NCBI GenBank assembly: GCA_017547585.1
Contig: JAFYPH010000062.1
Span: 1,593-65,592, forward strand
Direction: 5' to 3'
Source: Bacteroidaceae bacterium
GTDB taxonomy: Bacteria; Bacteroidota; Bacteroidia; Bacteroidales; Bacteroidaceae
DNA: 64,000 nt
Shown here: one piece after another, positions 28,336 through 38,241 of the stretch
Numbering within the stretch: position 1 is the stretch's first letter
Layout: every line of letters starts with the position of its first letter
Program-made: the position numbers and the translations under genes
The notes under the pieces: model-generated
Databases searched by the model: none
Told to the model about the DNA's origin: nothing
Seen by the model: only the letters and a program-made list of their open reading frames with translations

Positions 28336-28698
28336 ATGGAAATAGTACTTTATATTATTGGCGGCATTGTGCTTCTTGCCATTTTGATGGAAACCGGTAT
28401 TCTCTCGGAGTTTATAACCATGATTGTTTCGGTGCTTATGGGAATGGGCCTCGGCGCATTGATAGGCTGGTTGGCTGCGGACAATTCTTCGGCTGGCTCG
28501 GAAATAGGAGCATGGATTGCTTTTGGCCTCTATTTGCTTTCTTGCATAGTTCGTATCATTTGGCCCGACGAGTCGGAGTGGATAGAGCTAGACGCCGGTG
28601 GCAATGTGCTGTCGAAAAATAAACTGTCGACCCGCGGCGGTGGCATCGCCGGCATTGTAATGTTGATAATTGTTGTTTGCCTTAGGGCTTGTGCCTAA
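28336..28698 (+). CDS. Hypothetical small integral membrane protein (about 4 TM segments)
   Basis: 120 aa, almost entirely hydrophobic segments. Lies 22 nt after the preceding gene. Confidence 0.55.
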   Translation: MEIVLYIIGGIVLLAILMETGILSEFITMIVSVLMGMGLGALIGWLAADNSSAGSEIGAWIAFGLYLLSCIVRIIWPDESEWIELDAGGNVLSKNKLSTRGGGIAGIVMLIIVVCLRACA

Positions 28699-28719
28699 TA
28701 ACTAATAAAATTAGATAAT

Positions 28720-28998
28720 ATGGGTTTTTTAGATTTTTTGCTTGGTGACAAATGTGAGTACTGCGGTAGCAGGTCTCTCAAGGTGCATAATCGTTTCAAA
28801 ACTCCACGTGGTGAATTTCGTATTTTGGCATGCGAAAGTTGCCGACGCGTATATTTGGACAAGACAGGGGATATTCCAAAGTGTTGGAAATGCGGTACCC
28901 GACAGACATTGCTGGGACGCAATGAGTATAATGTGATTCTGCCAAAGTGCCCCAATTGTGGATACGTGTACGATGGCTACGATTACGACGAAGATTAA
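28720..28998 (+). CDS. Hypothetical double zinc-ribbon protein
   Basis: 92 aa with four CxxC pairs (CEYC...CESC, CWKC...CPNC) and an acidic tail DGYDYDED. The N-terminus MGFLDFLLG resembles that of the 27085 gene product. Confidence 0.6.
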   Translation: MGFLDFLLGDKCEYCGSRSLKVHNRFKTPRGEFRILACESCRRVYLDKTGDIPKCWKCGTRQTLLGRNEYNVILPKCPNCGYVYDGYDYDED

Positions 28999-29024
28999 TA
29001 ATTACAAAATTAAATCTAACGACT

Positions 29025-31097
29025 ATGAAAAAGATGTTTGGTATTTTGTTGGCCTGCATGCCGTTTGCAGGGGCCTTTGCGCAAATGAACAATGCGTACA
29101 AAGAGATTGAAGAACTTGAGGTTACTGCAAAGTATATTTCGCCCGTTTCTCTGTTGGGCGAGCCAATGTCTATGCGTCGTATTCCTCAATCGGTGTCTGT
29201 GATTAATCCCACACGCATAAAGGAGATGAACATCACCACCATCGACCAGGCAATGCAGTATGTGACGGGTGTTACAACCATCGCAAATGACAATATGCGC
29301 AGCCAATATAAGTCGAGAGGCTACAATATGAGTATAATGACCGACGGACTGCCTGCGTATAACTCTTTATCTGTTTCCCATCAGTTCGATCTTTCATTCT
29401 TTGAGCAGATTGAGGTGCTGAGAGGTGTTTCGGGCATATTGCAGGGTGTTCCCGATGGCCAGTCGCTGGGCGGAGTCATCAATCTTGTGAAGAAAAAGAC
29501 AAAGTTGCAGAATGAGTTTGTTTCCAACGTCAGTGTAGGCTCGTGGAACAATCATCGTCTGGAATTCGATTATAATACCAAGCTTACAAAGGATGGAAAG
29601 CTGAGAAGCAGATTTGCGGCATTTGTCAATAACAGGGAGTTTTTCTACGACCGTTCGGCAATGTACAAGAGCGGTGCTTATGGAGTGATCGATTGGGACG
29701 CTACAAACACCACCACACTCTCTCTTTCTTACGCTTACCAGAAATCAAAGGGTGACGTGCTCTACAATGGATTGCCCGCGTTGAGAGAGACCTCGTCGGA
29801 CAACAGCCGTAACCATCTTCCCGTTGGTCGCTCTTATAATCCCACCCCCGATTGGGACTACACAATGTGGGAGACTCACGAAGTGATGCTGTCGCTCGAC
29901 CAGCAGTTGGCCGATAATTGGAACATGAAGGCCAAGATGGGTCTAAGATGGCAGAATCAGGAGAATAAGTATGGCTTTGCGGGTACCGTTACCAAGGCCG
30001 ACAGCTCTTCGAACTATCTGCGTGGATATAATGACGAGAGCCTTCCCAGAATAGTGTCGGCTGTGGATTTCTCGGGCAAATTCATGCTCTTCGACAAGGT
30101 GCAGAATATTTTCGTGGGAGCGAATTTCGAGAATTTCATCGATGACAAGAAATATATTAGCGCATACTACAAGACAAAGTTTGGCAACATCCATTCTGTT
30201 CCCGATTTCGAGATTCCCTATGCCAATCTGAATCGTTCGAAGATGAGAGTGCGTCAGGGTGGTATCTATACTCAGTTGAGGCTTGCTCTTCTTGACAACC
30301 TTAACGTGAATCTGGGTGGTAGGATGAGCTCGGTATTTGCAAGCATGTACAATTTCAAAGACTCTAAATGGGTGGATGCTGTAACCGAGGAGCACCGATT
30401 CACTCCTTTTGCGGGCATTACCTTCGACCCCATAGACGAACTTACTCTGTATGCAAGCTATTCAAGCATTTTCGTTCCTCAGACAGAGCGCCGCGAGGAT
30501 AATTCAATGCTCGACCCTCGTACGGGCTTCCAATATGAGGCGGGTGCAAAGACCGAACTTCTCGACGATCGTCTCACAGGAAATGTAGCCTTCTTCTATT
30601 TGCAGGATGATGGTCGTGCATACAAGGTGAGCCCCGCTCCTGCCTATGTGAACGGCGGAAGAGTAGAAAATAAGGGTGTCGAGGTTGAATTGAACGCATT
30701 TCCCTATAAGGGATTGGAACTCTCGGCAACATACACCTATCTTGACACAGAAATAACAAAGTCGGCCGATGGCGATGAGGGATTGGCATTCAGCCCCGTA
30801 GAGCCCGAACATTCGTTCAAGTTCTTTGCTGCTTATCGTTTCGACAATGGTCTTGCGATTGGTGGTAATGTGATGTCTTTCAGCCGCAGCTATGCTTCTG
30901 TACTCACTCCCGAACGCGACCAGAAGCCTTACTCGTTGCTCAACGCTTTTGTCTCTTATGAGATGAACAAGAACATTGCTCTCTATTTCAATTGTAACAA
31001 TATTACCGATTGTGTATATTATTCACGATTGGGAGGTAATGGCGACTTCTACGGCGACCCGAGAAACTTTACTTTGACTGCAAGATGTTCATTCTAG
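29025..31097 (+). CDS. TonB-dependent outer-membrane receptor (siderophore-receptor type)
   Basis: Start taken at MKKMFGILLACMPFAGAFAQ. Plug-domain motifs (SVSVINPTRIKEMNITTIDQAMQYVTGV, IEVLRGVSGILQG) and a C-terminal barrel ending ...TLTARCSF. Confidence 0.85.
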   Translation: MKKMFGILLACMPFAGAFAQMNNAYKEIEELEVTAKYISPVSLLGEPMSMRRIPQSVSVINPTRIKEMNITTIDQAMQYVTGVTTIANDNMRSQYKSRGYNMSIMTDGLPAYNSLSVSHQFDLSFFEQIEVLRGVSGILQGVPDGQSLGGVINLVKKKTKLQNEFVSNVSVGSWNNHRLEFDYNTKLTKDGKLRSRFAAFVNNREFFYDRSAMYKSGAYGVIDWDATNTTTLSLSYAYQKSKGDVLYNGLPALRETSSDNSRNHLPVGRSYNPTPDWDYTMWETHEVMLSLDQQLADNWNMKAKMGLRWQNQENKYGFAGTVTKADSSSNYLRGYNDESLPRIVSAVDFSGKFMLFDKVQNIFVGANFENFIDDKKYISAYYKTKFGNIHSVPDFEIPYANLNRSKMRVRQGGIYTQLRLALLDNLNVNLGGRMSSVFASMYNFKDSKWVDAVTEEHRFTPFAGITFDPIDELTLYASYSSIFVPQTERREDNSMLDPRTGFQYEAGAKTELLDDRLTGNVAFFYLQDDGRAYKVSPAPAYVNGGRVENKGVEVELNAFPYKGLELSATYTYLDTEITKSADGDEGLAFSPVEPEHSFKFFAAYRFDNGLAIGGNVMSFSRSYASVLTPERDQKPYSLLNAFVSYEMNKNIALYFNCNNITDCVYYSRLGGNGDFYGDPRNFTLTARCSF

Positions 31098-31104
31098 GAG
31101 AGGG

Positions 31105-32793
31105 ATGGATGGATTTCAGCACATAAAATTATCCAAGTCCGAGATTCGCGACTGCTGGCAACTGATAAAGCCGTGGTGGGTGTCCGAGGAGAAATGGGTG
31201 GCCAGGGGATTGTTCTTTCTTGTCTTTCTTCTGGACATGTCCATTGTTGCTGTAGGTGCGTGGCTCACCTATTGGAACAAGAATTTTTTCAATGCCTTCA
31301 CCGACTACAATCTTGACCTTGTTTGGAAACTGATGCTGCAGGCGCTTCTCATTGCTGTCTGCGGCATTGCTGCCGAGGCTTTGAGGACGTGGTTTTACCA
31401 GACTTTGCAGATGAGGTGGCGCAAATGGATAACTAATGTGTATCTTAAGAAATGGCTGAACGATGCTACTTTCTACCACATAGAGAATAACCAATGGGTG
31501 GATAATGCCGACCAGCGTATATCCGAGGATCTGAAGGAGATGACAGAGATGAGTCTGCATCTTACTTTGGGCTTTTTCTCGAATATAGTGAATCTTGTGA
31601 CATTCTCGCTCATCATATGGGAGATTTCGGGCACTCTTTCGTTCATGCTCTTCGGGCTGCAGGTGAATATTCCCGGCTATATGCTGTGGGTGTCAATCAT
31701 CTATGCCTTGTGTGCCTCTATTGTCATTGAGCGACGAGGCAAGAAGATGGTTGCTGTGGAGTATGAGCAGCAGGTGCGCGAGTCGGATTTCCGTTTCCAA
31801 ATGATGAGGATACGTGAAAATAGTGCCCAGATTGCCATAAGCAATGGCGAAAAGTCGGAGCAGAGAATGCTTAAAAGGCTTTTTGCGAAGATAGAGAGAA
31901 ACTGGGATTCCTATAAGCAATATACAAGGAGAATTACTATTATAGAGAAGGGTTACACTGAATTTGGAATTCTTCTTGCCTATTTGATAATAATTCCCCG
32001 CTATTTTGCAAAAGAGATTACTTTGGGCTCTATTATGCAGCTTACCATGAGCTTTACAAAGGTGAGGGTGGGCTTTGCGTGGTTCATCTTCCAATATAAA
32101 CGTCTGGCGTCGCTGCGTTCAATGTGCCATCGCTTGAGCGAATTCTACAACTTTATGAACATCGATTATGCGCGTAACATCAACTTCAGAAAAAGTGAGG
32201 ATGGGGCGCTGAAGGTCGATGGACTGAAGCTGTCGTTGCGTTCGGGACGTGTGATTACATCTGTTCCAAAACTGCAGATAGAGCCCGGTAGCCGTTGGCT
32301 CATCAGAGGAAATTCGGGCGCCGGAAAAACCACATTCCTAAAGGCTCTTGCGGGAATATGGCAGTATGGCGAGGGCACGGTGCATCTTCCCGACTCGAAG
32401 ATGCTTTTCCTGCCCCAAGAGCCCTATATGCCGTTGGACTCTTTGCGTGCGGCCTTGTGCTACCCCGAGTTGCCCGAGACATTTTCCGATGCCGAGTGCT
32501 CTGCTGTGCTCGAAAAGTGCGGCCTTAAACAGTATATTGCGAACTTGGATGATGAGGATATTACATGGAGCCGCAAGCTCTCTCCCGGTGAAAAACAGCG
32601 CTTGGCATTTGCCAAATGTCTGCTCATAAAGCCCGACTTTCTCTTTATGGACGAGGCGACGTCGGCATTGGATAACCGCCTCGAGGGGATGCTTTTCGAG
32701 AAATTGCTGGAGGAGCTTCCCTCTACGGCGATAGTGAGCGTTGCCCATCGTCTGACGGTGGATAAGTATCACGATCAGATATTGACAATCTGA
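31105..32793 (+). CDS. Fused ABC transporter permease/ATPase of the YddA / SbmA-BacA-like type
   Basis: 562 aa. N-terminal membrane domain of about 6 TM segments, C-terminal NBD (GNSGAGKTT, LSPGEKQRLAFAK, LFMDEATSALD). Starts 7 nt after the receptor gene. Confidence 0.8.
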   Translation: MDGFQHIKLSKSEIRDCWQLIKPWWVSEEKWVARGLFFLVFLLDMSIVAVGAWLTYWNKNFFNAFTDYNLDLVWKLMLQALLIAVCGIAAEALRTWFYQTLQMRWRKWITNVYLKKWLNDATFYHIENNQWVDNADQRISEDLKEMTEMSLHLTLGFFSNIVNLVTFSLIIWEISGTLSFMLFGLQVNIPGYMLWVSIIYALCASIVIERRGKKMVAVEYEQQVRESDFRFQMMRIRENSAQIAISNGEKSEQRMLKRLFAKIERNWDSYKQYTRRITIIEKGYTEFGILLAYLIIIPRYFAKEITLGSIMQLTMSFTKVRVGFAWFIFQYKRLASLRSMCHRLSEFYNFMNIDYARNINFRKSEDGALKVDGLKLSLRSGRVITSVPKLQIEPGSRWLIRGNSGAGKTTFLKALAGIWQYGEGTVHLPDSKMLFLPQEPYMPLDSLRAALCYPELPETFSDAECSAVLEKCGLKQYIANLDDEDITWSRKLSPGEKQRLAFAKCLLIKPDFLFMDEATSALDNRLEGMLFEKLLEELPSTAIVSVAHRLTVDKYHDQILTI

Positions 32794-32820
32794 ACACCAT
32801 AGGGCAGTATAATCAAATAA

Positions 32821-32853
32821 AAAAGGTCTTTGCCATTCGGCAAAGACCTTTTT
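32821..32853. terminator. Bidirectional terminator between the ABC gene (+) and ilvC (-)
   Basis: Hairpin aaaaggtctttgcc-attc-ggcaaagacctttt, flanked by A and T runs. Confidence 0.85.
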
Positions 32854-32874
32854 GCGTATAATGCTTTTCTGCAA

Positions 32875-33930
32875 TTACTTCGCGGGGGTGTCGTTCTCGG
32901 GACGGAGCTGACGAACAACCACAGCTGTACGCCACATTTCGCTCTCGCGAAGAGCTTTCAACTCCTCGTTGAGTTTCTCGCGGTAGTCGGGCTGTGAGTT
33001 TGAGTCGATTGAACGCTGAGCCTCTTTACCAGTCTTAACTGAATCGTAGAGCTGGTACATAACAGGCTTGATAGCATCGTGGAAAGGAGTCATCCAGTCG
33101 AGAGCACCACGCTGTGCTGTTGTTGAACAGTTAGCGTACATCCAGTCCATACCGTTCTTAGCGAAGAGGGGCATCAAAGACTGTGTAAGCTCCTCAACTG
33201 TCTCGTTGAATGCCTCAGAAGGTGTGTGGCCATTCTCGCGCAATACCTCGTACTGTGCAAGGAGAAGACCCTGGATAGCACCCATCAAAGAACCACGCTC
33301 ACCTGTGAGGTCAGAAACAGCCTCGCGCTGGAATGTTGTCTCGAACATGTAACCTGAGCCGATACCGATACCGAATGCGAGTACGCGCTCCATTGCGCGG
33401 CCTGTAGCATCCTGATAGATAGCGTATGAAGAGTTCAAGCCGCGACCCTCGAGGAACATTGTACGCAATGATGTACCTGAACCCTTGGGAGCAACCATGA
33501 TTACGTCGATGTCAGCGGGAGGAACAATACCTGTTCTGTCGCTCCAGTTGATACCGAAACCGTGTGAGAAGTAGAGAGCCTTACCTGCTGTAAGGTAGGG
33601 TTTTACGCTGGGCCATACTGCAATCTGAGCAGCGTCTGACAAAAGAAGACATACGATAGTACCCTTCTCTGCAGCCTCCTCGATAGAGAAGAGTGTCTCA
33701 CCGGGAACCCAACCGTCTTTAACGGCTTTCTCATATGTTTTTCCCTCACGCTGACCAACGATTACGTTGAAACCGTTGTCGCGCAAGTTGCAAGCCTGAC
33801 CGGGGCCCTGTACGCCGTAGCCGAGCACTGCGATTGTTTCGTTTTTCAATACCTCGCGAGCTTTCTCAAGAGAAAACTCTTTTGAAGTCATCACATTTTC
33901 GAGGACTCCACCAAAATTCAATTCTGCCAT
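32875..33930 (-). CDS. ilvC: Ketol-acid reductoisomerase
   Basis: 351 aa; GYGVQGPGQACNLRDNG Rossmann motif, typical class I KARI sequence; last gene of the ilv cluster. Confidence 0.95.
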   Translation of the reverse strand: MAELNFGGVLENVMTSKEFSLEKAREVLKNETIAVLGYGVQGPGQACNLRDNGFNVIVGQREGKTYEKAVKDGWVPGETLFSIEEAAEKGTIVCLLLSDAAQIAVWPSVKPYLTAGKALYFSHGFGINWSDRTGIVPPADIDVIMVAPKGSGTSLRTMFLEGRGLNSSYAIYQDATGRAMERVLAFGIGIGSGYMFETTFQREAVSDLTGERGSLMGAIQGLLLAQYEVLRENGHTPSEAFNETVEELTQSLMPLFAKNGMDWMYANCSTTAQRGALDWMTPFHDAIKPVMYQLYDSVKTGKEAQRSIDSNSQPDYREKLNEELKALRESEMWRTAVVVRQLRPENDTPAK

Positions 33931-33962
33931 AATGTTTTTTTATTTTTAAAAGTTTTTATTTA

Positions 33963-34514
33963 TTATCTGTTTATGCCTTTGCGCTTGGCATCTTCGTTGA
34001 AGAGCTGCTCGCTAAGGTCTTCGTTGTAGTCTCTTGTGATTGCCACGCGGCCCGATTTTACATACTGCAACAGGCACTGCTCGGCAACAAATTCTTTGTA
34101 GAGGGTTACAATCTCCTCGGTCTTTCCGGTCTTCTCGACAAGCACGTACGATGCGTTGATTTCGAGTACGCGGGCGTTGTTGTGACGGATGATTTTAGAT
34201 ACCTGCTTGTTGTTCAGCATCTTGGGGGTAGAGATTTTGTAAAGCGCAACCTCTTGCATGAAAATCTCTTTGTCTGTGTAGTAGTCTGCTTTTACTACGT
34301 CGATTCTCTTTTCTATGCGTTTGGCTACCTTTTTAATGGTTTCTTCCTCGGCCCACAGGGTGATTGTGTAGCGGTGCACGCCCTCGATTGACGACGATGA
34401 TACGTTCAGTGTCTCGATGTTCATCTGACGGCGTGTGAACTCAGCGGTAACCTGATTCAAGAGACCCGCAATATTCTCGGAATATACAATTAATGTAAAT
34501 AATTTTTTCTCCAT
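33963..34514 (-). CDS. ilvN: Acetolactate synthase small (regulatory) subunit
   Basis: 183 aa; N-terminal ACT domain (LIVYSENIAGLLNQVTAEFTRRQMNIETLNVS); located after ilvB. Confidence 0.9.
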   Translation of the reverse strand: MEKKLFTLIVYSENIAGLLNQVTAEFTRRQMNIETLNVSSSSIEGVHRYTITLWAEEETIKKVAKRIEKRIDVVKADYYTDKEIFMQEVALYKISTPKMLNNKQVSKIIRHNNARVLEINASYVLVEKTGKTEEIVTLYKEFVAEQCLLQYVKSGRVAITRDYNEDLSEQLFNEDAKRKGINR

Positions 34515-34540
34515 AGTAGTGTCTTTATGAATCAGATTTT

Positions 34541-36235
34541 TTATTCAAATACCATTTCGTTTACCGATGCTCCCGGAGGGGTCATGGGCATGATGTTCTC
34601 CTCTTCCATCACTGCTACGTGCAACAGGAATGCTCCTTTTGTCTCGAGCATCTCTTTTATTGCGTCGTCGAGCTCGGCTCTGTCGCTCACTGTGCGCGAG
34701 GGGATGTTGTAGGCTTCGGCTATCTTATTGTAGTCGGGGTTCAGCATGGGTGTCCACGAGTAGCGTCTGTTGAAGAACATCTCCTGCCACTGGCGTACGT
34801 TGCCAAGATAGTTGTTGTTCAGAAGAATCATCTTGACGGGTGAACCCTGCTCCATGATGGTGCCGAACTCCTGAATGTTCATCTGCAATCCGCCGTCGCC
34901 GCTGAACACGCATACTGTTCTCTCGGGTGCGCCGAATGTGGCTCCGATGGCTGCGGGGAGTCCGAATCCCATTGTTCCAAGGCCACCGGAAGTGATTACG
35001 CTGTGGGGCTTTGTGAACTTGAAGTATCTGCACGACATCATCTGATTCTGGCCAACGTCGGTTACGAGGATGGCGCTGTTGCCTGTTGCCTCGCTGACGC
35101 GACGTGCAACCTCACCCATTCTGATGGGGCCGCCGTTGGGGCTGATTGCGGGACGGATGGCCTTCTCTTCCTCGATGGCTGCATAGTCGGCGAAGCTGTC
35201 AATCCACTCTTTGCGGTCGACGTTCTCGAGCAGTGCAGTGATAAGGGGCAGTGTCTCTTTGCAGTCGCCAATTACGGGAATGTCTGCGTGGACGTTCTTG
35301 TTTATCTCCGAGGGGTCGATGTCCAGATGTATCACCTTTGCCTGCTTTGCGTATGTTGACACAAGGCCTGTTACGCGGTCGCTGAAGCGCATTCCCACAG
35401 CTATCAATACGTCGCAGTTGTTGGTATTGACGTTGGGGCCCAGGTTACCGTGCATTCCCAACATTCCCATGTTCAACGGGTGGTCGCTGGGGAGTGCCGA
35501 GAGTCCCAAAAGTGTTCTTCCGACGGGAAGGTTGGCCTTCTCGATGAAGTTTTTAAGCTCTTCGTTGGCGTTGGCAAGCTCCACGCCCTGTCCCACGAGT
35601 ACCAAAGGACGTGCCGCGCGGTTGATGAGCTCGGCTGCCTCGGCGATAGCCTTTTCGTCGGGCTTGGGGTAGGGAACATAGCTTCTGATGAAATCTACCT
35701 TTGTGGGCTCGAATGCAACCTTCGAGGTCTGTGCGTTCTTGCAAAAGTCGAGCACTACGGGGCCGGGACGACCGGTGCGTGCAATGTAGAATGCGCGTGA
35801 CACTGCCCAGGCAATGTCCTCGGCGCTTCTTATCTGGTAGCTCCATTTAGCGATGGGCTGTGTAACACCCACGAGGTCAACCTCTTGGAAAAAGTCTGTT
35901 CCAAGAACCGATGACATCACCTGTCCTGCGATGAGCACTACGGGGGTGCTGTCGAGCATCGCATCGGCAATGCCTGTGAGGGTGTTTGTGGCGCCGGGAC
36001 CGCTTGTAACTATACATACTCCGACTTTGCCCGATGAACGTGCGTAGCCCTGAGCGGCGTGAAGTGCTCCCTGCTCGTGACGCACAAGAACCTGTTTGAA
36101 ATCCTCTTTGTGGTCGTACAGTGCATCAAACACCGGCATTATTGAACCGCCGGGATAGCCAAAGATGGTGTCTACCTGCTCGTTCATCAGTGAACGCATC
36201 AAGGCTTCTGCACCTCTGATAATTTCCTTTTCCAT
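34541..36235 (-). CDS. ilvB: Acetolactate synthase large subunit (biosynthetic type)
   Basis: 564 aa; ThDP-enzyme motifs GYPGGSIMPVFDAL, GPGATN, GDGGLQMNIQE. Confidence 0.95.
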   Translation of the reverse strand: MEKEIIRGAEALMRSLMNEQVDTIFGYPGGSIMPVFDALYDHKEDFKQVLVRHEQGALHAAQGYARSSGKVGVCIVTSGPGATNTLTGIADAMLDSTPVVLIAGQVMSSVLGTDFFQEVDLVGVTQPIAKWSYQIRSAEDIAWAVSRAFYIARTGRPGPVVLDFCKNAQTSKVAFEPTKVDFIRSYVPYPKPDEKAIAEAAELINRAARPLVLVGQGVELANANEELKNFIEKANLPVGRTLLGLSALPSDHPLNMGMLGMHGNLGPNVNTNNCDVLIAVGMRFSDRVTGLVSTYAKQAKVIHLDIDPSEINKNVHADIPVIGDCKETLPLITALLENVDRKEWIDSFADYAAIEEEKAIRPAISPNGGPIRMGEVARRVSEATGNSAILVTDVGQNQMMSCRYFKFTKPHSVITSGGLGTMGFGLPAAIGATFGAPERTVCVFSGDGGLQMNIQEFGTIMEQGSPVKMILLNNNYLGNVRQWQEMFFNRRYSWTPMLNPDYNKIAEAYNIPSRTVSDRAELDDAIKEMLETKGAFLLHVAVMEEENIMPMTPPGASVNEMVFE

Positions 36236-36259
36236 TTTGGTTATCTTTGTTTACGGTTA

Positions 36260-38062
36260 TTAATCAATTATTCTCACACCGCCCTTGTCGGCCGAGCTTA
36301 CCATGTTGGCGTATGCCTTCAGGCTCTTGGGGATTACTCTGTCGCGTGTCATGGGGAACATTTCACGCGCGGCAAGCTCCTCGTCGCTCAGTTTAACGTT
36401 GATTGCGCGGTTGGGAATGTCAATCTCTATGATGTCGCCATCGCGCAGCTTGCCTACGTTGCCGCCGGCTGCTGCCTCGGGAGAGATGTGGCCGATGCTC
36501 AAGCCCGATGTTCCGCCGCTGAAACGGCCGTCGGTGATGAGGGCGCACTCTTTGCCCAGATGGCGCGATTTTATGTATGAAGTGGGGTAGAGCATCTCCT
36601 GCATTCCGGGGCCGCCTTTGGGGCCTTCGTAGATGATGACTACCACGTCGCCGGCCTGCACCTTTCCGCCGAGGATGCCCTCAACGGCTGCGTCCTGCGA
36701 GTCGAATACCTTTGCGGTACCTGTGAATTTGAGGATGCTCTCGTCGACACCAGCTGTCTTTACAACGCAACCATCCTGTGCGATGTTTCCGAAGAGTATC
36801 GCAAGGCCGCCGTCCTTTGAATAGGCATGCTCGAGGTCGCGGATGCAACCGTTTGCGCGGTCTTTGTCGAGCGACTCCCATGTTGAGCTCTGCGAGCCCA
36901 TTACGTTGCTGAATGTATTTGCGGGGGCTGTGCCGTAGATGCGTGCAGCCTCGTCGTCGATTGTCTCGCCCAGGATGCTGTATTTTGCAATGTCCTCGCC
37001 CAAGGTTGCTCCGTCCACACGCTTAACATCTGTGTAGAGAAGGCCGCCCTTTGCGAGCTCGCCCAAGATTCCAAGGATACCTCCGGCGCGTCCGCAGTCC
37101 TCGACACTGTATTTTGCAGTGTTGGGTGCGAGCTTGCACAGACAGGGTACCACGCGGCTCAGCTTGTCGATGTCCTCCATCTTGAAGTCCACGCCTGCCT
37201 CCTGCGCTACGGCGAGAAGGTGAAGGATGGTGTTTGTAGAGCCACCCATGGCAATGTCGAGTGTCATTGCGTTGAGGAAGGCCTCGCGTGTGGCAATGCT
37301 CTTGGGAAGCACGCTCTCGTCGCCCTGCTCGTAGTATTTGTATGCATTCTCTACGATGAGCTTGGCAGCGTCTTTCATCAGCTGCTCACGGTTAGTGTGT
37401 GTGGCAAGAATTGTGCCGTTGCCGGGCAACGAAAGGCCGATGGCCTCGGTGAGTGCGTTCATACTGTTCGCTGTGAACATTCCCGAGCAGCATCCGCAAC
37501 CGGGGCACGAGCGCTTCTCAACCTCGGCAAGCTCTTCGTCCGACACTGAAGTGTCTGCGCCTTTTACCATTGCCGAAATAAGGTCGAGCTTCTCGCCTTT
37601 GTATTTTCCGGCCTCCATGGGACCACCCGATACAAAGACGGTGGGGATGTTCAGGCGCATAGATGCCATGAGCATTCCCGGGGTAATCTTGTCGCAGTTA
37701 GAGATACATACAAGCGCGTCCACCTTGTGGGCGTTGCACATGTACTCGACGCTGTCGGCGATGATGTCACGCGAAGGCAATGAATAGAGCATTCCGTCGT
37801 GTCCCATCGCAATTCCGTCGTCGATGGCTATAGTGTTGAACTCAGCCGCATAGCAGCCGAGCTTTTCAATCTCTTTTTTTACAAGCTGTCCCGCCTCGTG
37901 CAGGTGAGTGTGTCCGGGAACAAGCTGTGTGAAGGAGTTTGCAATGGCAATGATGGGCTTGCCGAACATCTCACGTTTCATTCCGTTGGCAATCCACAGA
38001 GCTCTAGCTCCTGCCATTCTTCTGCCCTCGGTGCATTGTGCACTGCGTAATTTGTTTTTCAT
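36260..38062 (-). CDS. ilvD: Dihydroxy-acid dehydratase
   Basis: 600 aa; IlvD/Edd motifs ([43 protein letters not shown]). Confidence 0.95.
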   Translation of the reverse strand: MKNKLRSAQCTEGRRMAGARALWIANGMKREMFGKPIIAIANSFTQLVPGHTHLHEAGQLVKKEIEKLGCYAAEFNTIAIDDGIAMGHDGMLYSLPSRDIIADSVEYMCNAHKVDALVCISNCDKITPGMLMASMRLNIPTVFVSGGPMEAGKYKGEKLDLISAMVKGADTSVSDEELAEVEKRSCPGCGCCSGMFTANSMNALTEAIGLSLPGNGTILATHTNREQLMKDAAKLIVENAYKYYEQGDESVLPKSIATREAFLNAMTLDIAMGGSTNTILHLLAVAQEAGVDFKMEDIDKLSRVVPCLCKLAPNTAKYSVEDCGRAGGILGILGELAKGGLLYTDVKRVDGATLGEDIAKYSILGETIDDEAARIYGTAPANTFSNVMGSQSSTWESLDKDRANGCIRDLEHAYSKDGGLAILFGNIAQDGCVVKTAGVDESILKFTGTAKVFDSQDAAVEGILGGKVQAGDVVVIIYEGPKGGPGMQEMLYPTSYIKSRHLGKECALITDGRFSGGTSGLSIGHISPEAAAGGNVGKLRDGDIIEIDIPNRAINVKLSDEELAAREMFPMTRDRVIPKSLKAYANMVSSADKGGVRIID

Positions 38063-38076
38063 AACTTTTTTATATC

Positions 38077-38109
38077 AAAAAAAACCTTTCTCAATCAATG
38101 AGAAAGGCC
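38077..38109 (-). terminator. Attenuator terminator in the ilv leader
   Basis: On the minus strand: cctttctca-ttgat-tgagaaagg followed by eight T. It ends 15 nt before the ilvD ATG and lies downstream of the leader peptide. Confidence 0.65.
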
Positions 38110-38148
38110 TGTTATTTATATTTATAAATGCACAGCCACTCTCTCCCA

Positions 38149-38208
38149 TTAATTTGATAGGATAACCACCACGTTAAGTAGTAAAGTTGAAGAGTTGCCT
38201 GTAATCAT
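38149..38208 (-). CDS. ilv operon leader peptide, 19 aa (MITGNSSTLLLNVVVILSN)
   Basis: Hand translation of the reverse strand gives ATG...TAA. Eight of nine consecutive residues (LLLNVVVIL) are Leu/Val/Ile. It sits between a -7 box (38242-38249) and the attenuator hairpin. Too short for the ORF track. Confidence 0.6.
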   Translation of the reverse strand: MITGNSSTLLLNVVVILSN

Positions 38209-38241
38209 ACTTCTATGAATTTGGGTTCTTAAAAATGTACG

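Noticed and set aside
26867-29024. Classifying the low-GC cassette as a bounded mobile element
   Set aside because: It has no integrase, transposase or relaxase gene, no flanking direct or inverted repeats that I could find, and no adjacent tRNA. Only compositional evidence for foreign origin exists, so it is reported as a finding and not as a mobile_element feature.
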